Below, piece after piece: positions 19,366-27,429 of a stretch of 32,337 bases of DNA. Source of the stretch: Chthoniobacteraceae bacterium (GTDB lineage: Bacteria > Verrucomicrobiota > Verrucomicrobiia > Chthoniobacterales > Chthoniobacteraceae); NCBI GenBank assembly GCA_031409335.1, contig JANNWY010000090.1, positions 1 through 32,337 on the forward strand. The letters are read 5' to 3'. The notes beneath the pieces are model-generated. The model ran no database searches. It was not told where the DNA came from and was given only the letters and a program-made list of their open reading frames with translations. A program made the translations under genes and the position numbers. Within the stretch, counting starts at the first letter, position 1. Every line of letters starts with the position of its first letter.

Positions 19366-22338
19366 TCACGGAGCCGGCACTGGCGTGCCCGTTTCAAAGA
19401 CGCGGAAATTTGAATTCCCGACTGGACCGACGGCGTCGTTGGCAGGACCCGGCGTGAGTTGCACTGGGGAGCCTGAAACGATGATCGAACCGAATTCCTG
19501 CGCTGCGGCACCGAACGGATCGTTCGCGAAAACACCGCCATTGAGGACGAGGCGCGCGATCTTGGAGACAATTCTGGCGGAATCGGTCGTGGCGGAAATC
19601 ACCCGATCGTCGTCGTCGCCGAAATGTCCGTTCAGGCCTGCTGTAACACCGGCCACGATGTTGGAATCGATCAGCGCGCCCGTGCCGCCCGTGGTCCTAC
19701 CGATCGTCACGACACCGATTTGCGCGTCGGGATTCACGGGCACACCGTCGATGTCGTAGCCAGCAAGAATATCGACGGTGACGATCGAGTTCGTCACGGT
19801 GAGTCTGCCAATCGCGACGGCGAGCGCGTCGGTCGCCGGGCGGAGTCGTCCCGCGGCACTGATCGTGGCAAGGTCGGCCCCGTCCTCGCTCTCGTTGATG
19901 TCGAGAATGCTGATCGTGCCGATATTGCGCGCGGCGGCGAGCAGACCGGCGCGATTGCCGCTGCCTCCTTTCAAACCGCCGCTAATATTGATGCTGCCGA
20001 GATCGCCGACTGCCGCGACGAGCCCGCCGCTCCCCGTTCCCGATCCACCCAAGATGGATCCGCTGATCTCCGCGCTTACGATCCCGCCGGCGCGGACCTG
20101 ACCGGAGTAGGTGCCATCGCCGCCGATGAGATTGCCGGTGATCGTTAGCGCGCCGAGAATGCCGCTCAGATAAATCTGGCCGAATTCCTCAATGCCCGCG
20201 CCAGCGCTGTCGAAGTTGCCATCGTTCCCGATGACGTCTCCGCGCACGGTCAGAGCGGCGAGATCTCCACCGATCGAAATCTTGCCCGCCTCATCCGTTG
20301 CACCGCCTGCGATGTCCCCATTGATCACAATCCTGCCTGCATCCAGCGCGGAGCCGATGCCTCCGCTAAACAGGCCGCTGCCCGCGACGATGCCGCCGAC
20401 CGTGGCGCTGCCGAGATTTCCAGAGCTGAAAATCGTGCCGGAATTCGCACCGCCACCGCCGTTCAGACGGCCCACGACGACGACCGCTCCCAGATTGCCC
20501 GCTTCGAGTTCGCCGTCGGTTTCGATGATTCCGCTCGATTGTCCGCCACCGCCGTTGACAGCGCCGCCAATGCGCACCGTGCCGAGTTTTCCACCGCTGA
20601 TGATGGAGCCCGAAAACTCGCCCGCGCCACCGTTCAGATTGCCATCGACGATCACGCTGCCGATGCCCTCGGTGCTTTGGACGGTGCCGGAATTTTCACC
20701 CGCACCACCCTGAATCCGGCCCTGCACCACGACGCGCACGATCGCGCCGCCAGTCACGCCGGTATCGGTCACCACATTCTCGCCGGACACGCTGCCGGAA
20801 TCCGTGCCCGTGCCGCCGATGATGTCGGTGTCCACCGTAACGAGTTGGATCGTGCCAAAGGCGACGACCGCGCCAGACTTCGTCGCGCCACCACCGCGGA
20901 TCGAGCCAACGACGCGGACATTCTCGATGTCGCCGCCGGAAAGCACGACGCCCGCGCGTTCCGCGCTGCCGCCCTGAAGATCGCCGACAATTTGGACGCT
21001 GCCAATGCCTTGCAGGCTGCCGATCGCGCCGCTCTGCACGCCGACGCCGCCAGAGACGGAGCCGCCGACAAAAATCGTTTCGAGAAAACCATTCGCGCCG
21101 ACGGTCCCCGACTCCAGGCCCGCGCCGCCGACGATCGAGCCACGGATCGTCAGCGTGTCGATCGTGGCGCGGGAAAGGATCGCGCCACTCTGCCGACCGT
21201 CATCGCCGACTATGCTACCGGTAATCACGATTTTTCCGACGCCGCTCTTGCTTCCCACGACTCCACTTTGAAGTCCGTCGCCGCCCGTCAGATTCCCGTC
21301 GATCCTCAAACTCCGAATGACACCGTCCGCCGCGACAATCCCCGACAGCGCCTGCACGCCTCCGGTAACATCGTCCGTCGTCGCGGAAACGATATCGCCT
21401 TTGGCAAGGATCGCACCGCTTCTCGCACCTGCGCCGCCCTTGATGAGTTGGGACACGGTGACGTTGTCGATATTGCCACCGCTGCCGATCGCACCACTGG
21501 AGTTGCCGGCTCCACCGAGCAATTGGCCTTCGAGCAGGACGGTGCCGAGCTTGGTAAAGCTGGCGATCGTGCCGGATTCCTTGCCAGTGCCACCTTCGAC
21601 ATCTCCGCTGATTTTCGCAAAACCAAAGACATCCGCCGCGAAGATGCGCCCGCTGCGAAATCCGCCACCGCCGTTCACTTCTCCATCGACGGTGATCGCG
21701 CCCAGCTTGCGCTCGGTGATGATGTTTCCCGATTCAATCCCCGTGCCACCCACGATGTCGCCGCCAACGTGCGCCGTCCCGATCGCACCCTTCGCGTAGA
21801 TCGTTCCGCTGTGCTTCCGCGCACCGCCGATGAGATCGCCGCCGATGTCGAGCGTGCCGATCTGCCCATCGAGATCGAAAATGCCGCCGCTCACGAGAAT
21901 GCTCACATTGTTCAAGTCGCCGATCGATCTCAGCGTGCCGATTTTGCCGACGAAGCTGCTCCGGAGAATGTCAGTCGCACCGATGCCCATGCTATTGACG
22001 CGGAGGGTGGCGATGGAGCCGTCCGTCGAATCCGCGTCGCCGACTTGAATGCGCCGCAGGTCGCCGAAAATCCGGACCGTGCCGAGGTCGAGATCGGCTG
22101 CATTGAGAAAACCGACATCGCCGCCAGTGATGGTGATGTCCGCGCCGTCGAAGGCTGGATTGCCCGTGAGCCGCAGCTCCGCGAGTCGGCCAAGTGCGAA
22201 ATTCGCCGCGGCTTGAAGGTCCGCAAGGGTTCCTTTGCTGACGTTCACTGTGATGCCTCCCACAGACACCGATGCCGGCGCGATGCGGCTTTCGAGGGGT
22301 TCGATCGAGGGGGTGAAACGGAAGCCGGAAGTTTTCAT
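19366..22338 (-). CDS. Gly-rich repeat exported protein with LEPR-XLL-like N-terminal motif
   Basis: ATG 22338: MKTSGFRFTPSIEPLESRIAPA, then about 24 copies of a ~26-aa repeat GGxGxxSGxIxxxGxIGxVxIxGxIx. Confidence 0.85.
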   Translation of the reverse strand: MKTSGFRFTPSIEPLESRIAPASVSVGGITVNVSKGTLADLQAAANFALGRLAELRLTGNPAFDGADITITGGDVGFLNAADLDLGTVRIFGDLRRIQVGDADSTDGSIATLRVNSMGIGATDILRSSFVGKIGTLRSIGDLNNVSILVSGGIFDLDGQIGTLDIGGDLIGGARKHSGTIYAKGAIGTAHVGGDIVGGTGIESGNIITERKLGAITVDGEVNGGGGFRSGRIFAADVFGFAKISGDVEGGTGKESGTIASFTKLGTVLLEGQLLGGAGNSSGAIGSGGNIDNVTVSQLIKGGAGARSGAILAKGDIVSATTDDVTGGVQALSGIVAADGVIRSLRIDGNLTGGDGLQSGVVGSKSGVGKIVITGSIVGDDGRQSGAILSRATIDTLTIRGSIVGGAGLESGTVGANGFLETIFVGGSVSGGVGVQSGAIGSLQGIGSVQIVGDLQGGSAERAGVVLSGGDIENVRVVGSIRGGGATKSGAVVAFGTIQLVTVDTDIIGGTGTDSGSVSGENVVTDTGVTGGAIVRVVVQGRIQGGAGENSGTVQSTEGIGSVIVDGNLNGGAGEFSGSIISGGKLGTVRIGGAVNGGGGQSSGIIETDGELEAGNLGAVVVVGRLNGGGGANSGTIFSSGNLGSATVGGIVAGSGLFSGGIGSALDAGRIVINGDIAGGATDEAGKISIGGDLAALTVRGDVIGNDGNFDSAGAGIEEFGQIYLSGILGALTITGNLIGGDGTYSGQVRAGGIVSAEISGSILGGSGTGSGGLVAAVGDLGSINISGGLKGGSGNRAGLLAAARNIGTISILDINESEDGADLATISAAGRLRPATDALAVAIGRLTVTNSIVTVDILAGYDIDGVPVNPDAQIGVVTIGRTTGGTGALIDSNIVAGVTAGLNGHFGDDDDRVISATTDSARIVSKIARLVLNGGVFANDPFGAAAQEFGSIIVSGSPVQLTPGPANDAVGPVGNSNFRVFETGTPVPAP

Positions 22339-22504
22339 CGTGGTTGGGAAATCGTGTCGGTCAAATGCCGGGTTTTGCAATCGTCAAATTCTGCACTGAA
22401 GGCCGTGAACCCAATTATTCGCGCGCACCAGCGGGCTTTCGGAGCGCTGTGGTTCCATCTCTTGCTATCCTTCGCGTCTCGCCCTATTAATCGCCACATA
22501 TTTC

Positions 22505-23218
22505 ATGACTGGATTGCTTCCGCCAAACGAGACCAAACGACTCGACGCACTGATCCGTTATGGGATTCTCGATACCCCCGCAGAGCAGACGTTCGACGAC
22601 TTCGCCTTTCTGGCCTCGGTCATCTGCGACACGCCGATCGCTTTGATGTCGCTGGTGGACAGCAGCCGCCAGTGGTTCAAGGCTCGCGTCGGACTCGATG
22701 TCTCGGAAACGCCGCGCGAACATGCCTTCTGTGCGCACACGATTCTCGGGGAGGACGTGATGATCGTGGAAGACGCGACCTGCGACGCGCGCTTCGCGGA
22801 GAACCCACTGGTGACTGGAGATCCGCGCATCCGATTTTATGCAGGCGCACCCTTGCTCGATGGAAAGGGGAATGCGCTCGGCTCGGTCTGCGTGATCGAC
22901 CGGAAGCCGCGACAACTCGCCGCGCATCAGAAATTGGCACTCCAGGCACTGGCGCGCCAAATCATCGCCCAATTGGAACTACGCCGGACCAGCGCGGAAC
23001 TCGCGGACGCGCTGACAGACATCAAGACGCTGCAAGGCCTGCTCCCGATCTGCTCCCACTGCAAGGCGATCCGCAACGATTCCGGCTACTGGCAGGGCGT
23101 CGAATCCTACGTCACAGCCCACACCGAAGCGGACCTCACCCACGGCATCTGTCCGGACTGTCTCAAGACCCATCACCCAATGGCATTCGAGAGTCTTCGC
23201 GCTGCTGGCAAAGTGTAG
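22505..23218 (+). CDS. GAF-domain sensor protein with C-terminal Cys/His motif domain
   Basis: E..RL.AL..YGILDT..E..FD, PIALMSLVD..RQWFK, FCAHTI, D.RFAENPLV...P.IRFYAGAPL, GSVCVIDRKPR; C-terminal LLPICSHCK.IR....YW....HGICPDC. Confidence 0.9.
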   Translation: MTGLLPPNETKRLDALIRYGILDTPAEQTFDDFAFLASVICDTPIALMSLVDSSRQWFKARVGLDVSETPREHAFCAHTILGEDVMIVEDATCDARFAENPLVTGDPRIRFYAGAPLLDGKGNALGSVCVIDRKPRQLAAHQKLALQALARQIIAQLELRRTSAELADALTDIKTLQGLLPICSHCKAIRNDSGYWQGVESYVTAHTEADLTHGICPDCLKTHHPMAFESLRAAGKV

Positions 23219-23254
23219 GGAAGCGAGCCGTCGCAGTCGGATATTTGGAAGCCG

Positions 23255-23830
23255 CTATTTGCTGCCCGGTTTCACCGCCGGAGTGCCAGCCAGATCGGGC
23301 GGAAGATTGTCCGCCTCGAAGGTCTCCGCGTTCAGTTTCGCCAGCGAAATAAACGGGCAGCCAAAATCGGGAAGTTTTCCCCCGCTGCGATCCACCAGCG
23401 TCGCCACCGCCGCCACCACGCCGCCGAGCCCGCGCACGATATCGACCGTCTCCTGCACGCGCCCGCCGCGCGTCACCACATCCTCCGCCACGATGAATCG
23501 CGTGCCCGGCTCGATCTTAAAACCGCGCCGCAGCACCAGCCCGCCCGCATCATTTTTCTCCACGAAAATGTGCGGCATTCCCAGCGCACGCGCGATTTCA
23601 TGGCCGACGATGATCCCGCCGAGCGCCGGCGAAATCACCCGATCCGCGTCGATCCCGCGCAGCTTATCCGCCAGCGCCGCGCACACGCGTGCCGCGATCT
23701 GCGTGTGCTGGAGCAGCAGCGCGCATTGAAAAAACTGCCGCGAATGCAGCCCCGACCGCAGCACGAAATGGCCGTCGAGCAGCGCGTTGGTTTCACGAAA
23801 AAGAGCGAGGACTTCGGAATCGGAAAGCAT
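23255..23830 (-). CDS. pyrE: Orotate phosphoribosyltransferase
   Basis: ALLDGHFVLRSGLHS..FFQCA, SPALGGII, VAEDVVTRGG PRPP loop, LVDRSGG. Start at 23830 or 23839. Confidence 0.95.
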   Translation of the reverse strand: MLSDSEVLALFRETNALLDGHFVLRSGLHSRQFFQCALLLQHTQIAARVCAALADKLRGIDADRVISPALGGIIVGHEIARALGMPHIFVEKNDAGGLVLRRGFKIEPGTRFIVAEDVVTRGGRVQETVDIVRGLGGVVAAVATLVDRSGGKLPDFGCPFISLAKLNAETFEADNLPPDLAGTPAVKPGSK

Positions 23831-23852
23831 GGGATTCATGTTCAGGGACTCT

Positions 23853-23888
23853 TTTAGCCACGGACAAACGCGAATGAACACGGCTAAA
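23853..23888. repeat. Short degenerate CACGGATGAA-type repeat bounded by a 7-bp inverted repeat
   Basis: TTTAGCC-ACGGACAAACGCGAATGAACAC-GGCTAAA. Confidence 0.4.
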
Positions 23889-23918
23889 TATACTGCGTGC
23901 GCTCACGCAGATGCGCGA

Positions 23919-25247
23919 CTAGCCCCGGCTTTCGCGCGCGCGGCGGAGGGCGCTCTGGCGTTTGAAAAAACGGCGGCGGCGTTCGTCGATGAAACCTTCG
24001 TCGTAGATGCGGCGCGCGAGTTCGTGGAAGCCGTCGGCGAGTTCGGCGACGCTCATGCCGCGGGGTTGGTAGTTGATGTCGAAAAGGGTGCAGAGTTCCC
24101 ACGCATCGGGGGTGAGGATGCGGCCTTCCGCGAGGAGGCGATCGTAAAGCGGCGCGCCGGGAAAGGCGGTCATCACGGTGATCTGGACTTCGTAAAGGCC
24201 GGTCTCGCGCACGAAGTCGAAGACGGCGTCGAATGAAGTGCGATCGGTGCCATCGAGGCCAAGGACGAAGCAGCCATTGACGGTGATGCCGGCGTCCTGG
24301 ATGGCGGCGATTGCGCGGAGGTAATCGTCGAGTTGTTTGCGTTTCCAGTTGGCTTTGTGCTCCAGCCCTTCGAGCGCGGTGGAAGTCGGGCTTTCCAAAC
24401 CAACGAGGATTTGCGCGCAGCCCGCGTCTTTCATCAGCGCAAGCAACTCGGGATCGCGAGCCACGGAAACATCGGTCTCGGTGAACCAGCGCAAACCCTC
24501 GGGGATGAGCGCGCGGGCGAGTTCACGGCCATGCGTTTTGTCGGCGAAGGTGTTGTCGTCGGCGAATTCGATGAACGGGTGCGCCCACGCTTCCTTGATG
24601 CGGTGAATCTCGGCGATGACGCGCTCGATGGGTTTGGTTTTGAAGCGCGGATTCAGCCGGATGGACGCGCCGCAGAAGTCGCAATTGTACGGGCAGCCGC
24701 GCTGGGTCTGGACGGTGATGCGATTGTAGCGCGAGACATCGAGGAGGTCGTAGCGCGGCATCGGCGCGTGGCGGAAATCGAAGTTGTGCGCGCGGGCGTC
24801 GTAGCGCGGCTGGAGCTGCCCGGCTTCGAGATCGGCGATGAGCTGCGGCCACACGCTTTCGCCTTCGCCGATGACCACCGCGTCGGCGTGCAGCGCGGCC
24901 TCATCTGGCCGCGCGGTGACGTGCAAACCGCCGAGCACGACGCGCACTCCTGCCGCTCGGTAGCGGTCGGCGAGCGTGTAGGCTTCCTTGATTTGCGCGG
25001 AGAAACTGCTGATCGCGACGACCTCGAAATCGCCCGGCAGTTCGGTGAGTTGATCGGGCTCGGGGATATCGAGATAGCGCACGTCGTGGTGCTCCGGCGT
25101 CATCCCGGCGAGCGTGAGCAGGCCGAGGCTGGGCAGCGATGCGACGACTTTGCTGCGCTCGACGAAACCCGGCAGATTCAGGCCGAGCGCGAGCAGTTCC
25201 TCGTTGCGACAGCGCACGCCGCTCATCGCGAGCAGGCCGATTTTCAT
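23919..25247 (-). CDS. Cobalamin-binding radical SAM enzyme
   Basis: ATG 25247 MKIGLLAMSG; B12-domain motifs PSLGLLTLAGMTP, VVLGGLHVT, DAVVIGEGE; TQRGCPYNCDFC (CxxxCxxC); FADDN; GLES; FVLGLDG; AFPGAPLY. Confidence 0.93.
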   Translation of the reverse strand: MKIGLLAMSGVRCRNEELLALGLNLPGFVERSKVVASLPSLGLLTLAGMTPEHHDVRYLDIPEPDQLTELPGDFEVVAISSFSAQIKEAYTLADRYRAAGVRVVLGGLHVTARPDEAALHADAVVIGEGESVWPQLIADLEAGQLQPRYDARAHNFDFRHAPMPRYDLLDVSRYNRITVQTQRGCPYNCDFCGASIRLNPRFKTKPIERVIAEIHRIKEAWAHPFIEFADDNTFADKTHGRELARALIPEGLRWFTETDVSVARDPELLALMKDAGCAQILVGLESPTSTALEGLEHKANWKRKQLDDYLRAIAAIQDAGITVNGCFVLGLDGTDRTSFDAVFDFVRETGLYEVQITVMTAFPGAPLYDRLLAEGRILTPDAWELCTLFDINYQPRGMSVAELADGFHELARRIYDEGFIDERRRRFFKRQSALRRARESRG

Positions 25248-25627
25248 CTGCCGAAAAGCACGCAGAGAATGCCGGTGAGCACGCCGCCGACGGGGATGAA
25301 AAACAGGTGCCGCCACGGCTTCCGCCAGGCACAGAGAAAGCACACCGTCGGCATCGTCACCGCGCCGCAGATCAAGGCCCAGAGCGCCACGGCGTCGAAC
25401 GGCGTCCGGATCGGAGTGATGTGATGCGTGAAGGCGAAGATGGCATTCACGAACGCGAGTCCGAAGAACGAAATGTGGCCGAGGCGCGTGAGCCGGCGGC
25501 GGTGGCTGGCGTAACCGCCCATCCAATCCTCGCGGGTAAAATAGATGCCGATGATCGCGCCGCTGACGACGCCGAGGAGCATCCCGATCCAGACGACGGT
25601 GAGCATGGTGGTGGTGATGTGGCTCAT
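25244..25627 (-). CDS. Small 4-TM membrane protein of unknown function
   Basis: 127 aa, four hydrophobic segments, GGYASHRRRLTRLGHISFFGLAFVN; ATGA overlaps with both neighbours. Confidence 0.8.
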   Translation of the reverse strand: MSHITTTMLTVVWIGMLLGVVSGAIIGIYFTREDWMGGYASHRRRLTRLGHISFFGLAFVNAIFAFTHHITPIRTPFDAVALWALICGAVTMPTVCFLCAWRKPWRHLFFIPVGGVLTGILCVLFGR

Positions 25628-26880
25628 GATTGGGATTTGGAAAAAAGGTGAACGACGTTGCTGCCGCCGAAGCCGCTGCTGTTGTTCATCGCGATCTCGA
25701 TCGGATGATCCGCGGTGTGGCGCGGGAGGTTGAGTTCGGGGCAGTCGGTCTCCGCGAGATGCGCCTGGCCGGGGATGAAGCCGCCTTCCAGCGCGAGCAC
25801 ACAGAGCGCGGCTTCGAGCAAGCCGGACATGGAAAGCGCATGGCCGGTGAGCGCCTTGGTACTGCTCACCGGCGGACGCCATTTTCCAAAAACGCTGTCG
25901 ATCGCCACGGCTTCGGCGCGGTCGCCTTGCGGCGTGGAGGTGCCGTGGGCGTTGATGTAGCCGACCAGTTCTGGCGCGAGTTTTGCATCGAGCAATGCGA
26001 GGCGCATGGCATCCGCGATGCCGCGTCCCTCCGGGTGCGGCATGGCGATGTGATGGCCGTCGCACGCCTGTCCCCATCCGGCCATCGCCGCCTGCGCGCG
26101 AATGCCACGACTCGCCGCCGACGCAGCATTTTCCAGCACGATCGCGACTCCTCCGCCGGTGGGAACGAAGCCATCGCGCTCGCGATCGAACGGGCGCGAG
26201 GCACTGTCGGGATCAGGGTTTTCGCTCAGCGCGCCCATGCCGGTGAAAGGCAGCGCGCTCTCCGCGTTCAAGTCTTCCGCCGCGACGACGATCATCCGCT
26301 GCTGCCGCCCGAGCCGGATTTCATCCAGCGCAAAACCGAGCGCGTGACTGCCCGACGCGCACGCCGAACTAAAGCCGCAGCACGCGCCGCGAATGCCCAG
26401 CGCGGCACCGAGATGAAAGTTCAACGCACCAGCGACGGAGCTGACGACCGCGTGCGGATGCGCCCGCCGCCAGCCGCTCGCCTCCAGCTTTTTGAAATGC
26501 TGGAACTGAAATCGCGGCGACCCGCCCGACGCACAGTAAAGCCCGGTGCTCCCATCGCTGAAGTCCGCGCCAGCGAGGCCGGCCTCCGCGAGCGCCTGCC
26601 GCACCGCCGCGAGCGCATACACGCCGCTCGGCGGCATCGGCTGCACCACGGCCGGATCGAGATCGAATTCCGCGGGCCAAATCCAAGCAGCAGGATTTGC
26701 ATCGCTCACATCGAAGCCGCACAAAATCCCCGCGACCTTCGTCGGAAGATCGACCCCAGGCACCGCCTGCCAGGGCGCAATCCCGTGGCGCAGCTCGCGC
26801 AGCGCACGCATCACCTCCGCCCGCGAGTGCCCGATTCTCGAAACGAAACCGAGGCCGGTGATGACGGGCGCGAGATTCAA
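25624..26880 (-). CDS. Beta-ketoacyl-ACP synthase (FabB/FabF-like)
   Basis: VITGLG, SSACASGSHA (Cys), SRPFDRERDGFV, YINAHGTST (His), SSTKALTGH (His), NSSGFGGSN. TTG start at 26880 overlaps the ACP stop. Confidence 0.93.
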   Translation of the reverse strand: MNLAPVITGLGFVSRIGHSRAEVMRALRELRHGIAPWQAVPGVDLPTKVAGILCGFDVSDANPAAWIWPAEFDLDPAVVQPMPPSGVYALAAVRQALAEAGLAGADFSDGSTGLYCASGGSPRFQFQHFKKLEASGWRRAHPHAVVSSVAGALNFHLGAALGIRGACCGFSSACASGSHALGFALDEIRLGRQQRMIVVAAEDLNAESALPFTGMGALSENPDPDSASRPFDRERDGFVPTGGGVAIVLENAASAASRGIRAQAAMAGWGQACDGHHIAMPHPEGRGIADAMRLALLDAKLAPELVGYINAHGTSTPQGDRAEAVAIDSVFGKWRPPVSSTKALTGHALSMSGLLEAALCVLALEGGFIPGQAHLAETDCPELNLPRHTADHPIEIAMNNSSGFGGSNVVHLFSKSQS

Positions 26881-27242
26881 AGTTGCATTTTGCTTTCCAA
26901 AAACGCGAGCAGCCCGCCGACGCTGGTGATGCTGGTCACTTCGCGGATCTCGATGCGCACGCCGATGAGTTCCTCGAACTTGAAAGCCATCTCGGTCAGC
27001 GCCAGCGAATCGAGCCCGATGTCCTCGCGCAAGCGCATCTCGTCGAGCAGCGGTTCGCGCGGCGGCGGAGTGCCGCTGGGAAGGTGGAATGCGATCATAC
27101 CGGGCAGCACGGCGCGCAAGGCGTCGCGGGTTGCGCATTCACGCAAGCGCAGCACGGCAGCGGTGGTGGCGGCAGAGAACCCGATGAGTTCCGCGCGGAT
27201 GGCGGCTTCGCTTTTCGCGATGAAAACTGCGGGTAACGGCAT
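26877..27242 (-). CDS. Acyl carrier protein with N-terminal extension
   Basis: RLREDIGLDSLALTEMAFKFEELIGVRI...SVGGLLAFLE phosphopantetheine-Ser motif; ATG at 27242 inferred. Confidence 0.85.
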   Translation of the reverse strand: MPLPAVFIAKSEAAIRAELIGFSAATTAAVLRLRECATRDALRAVLPGMIAFHLPSGTPPPREPLLDEMRLREDIGLDSLALTEMAFKFEELIGVRIEIREVTSITSVGGLLAFLESKMQL

Positions 27243-27429
27243 GTTGCAAACTATGGGAACTGGCTGACAGGCGTAAGCTGAGACTGGGGACAACCGATTG
27301 CGTTCAAAGGGTGCCGCCTCGCCAGCCTGCACCACTTTTTTTCACACCCGTCAATCGTTGAAGCGGGCGATTTGCCTGTCGCGGCGGGCTGCCATCTTGT
27401 AGCAGCCACGCCGGAAACTATCGTCACCC

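Noticed and set aside
19900..21850. Periodic GCCGCC-rich DNA as a possible CRISPR or DNA repeat array
   Set aside because: Periodicity is at the protein level (26-aa repeat); there are no identical direct repeats with spacers and no cas genes in the window.
20539..23352. 937-aa plus-strand ORF
   Set aside because: Antisense shadow of the Gly-rich gene running out of frame through the GAF gene; no motifs; typical of high-GC codon bias.
25248..27138. Long N-terminal extensions of the rSAM, membrane protein and KS in the ORF track, suggesting fusions or frameshifts
   Set aside because: Each extension overlaps the upstream gene in another frame; 4-bp start/stop overlaps explain the layout.
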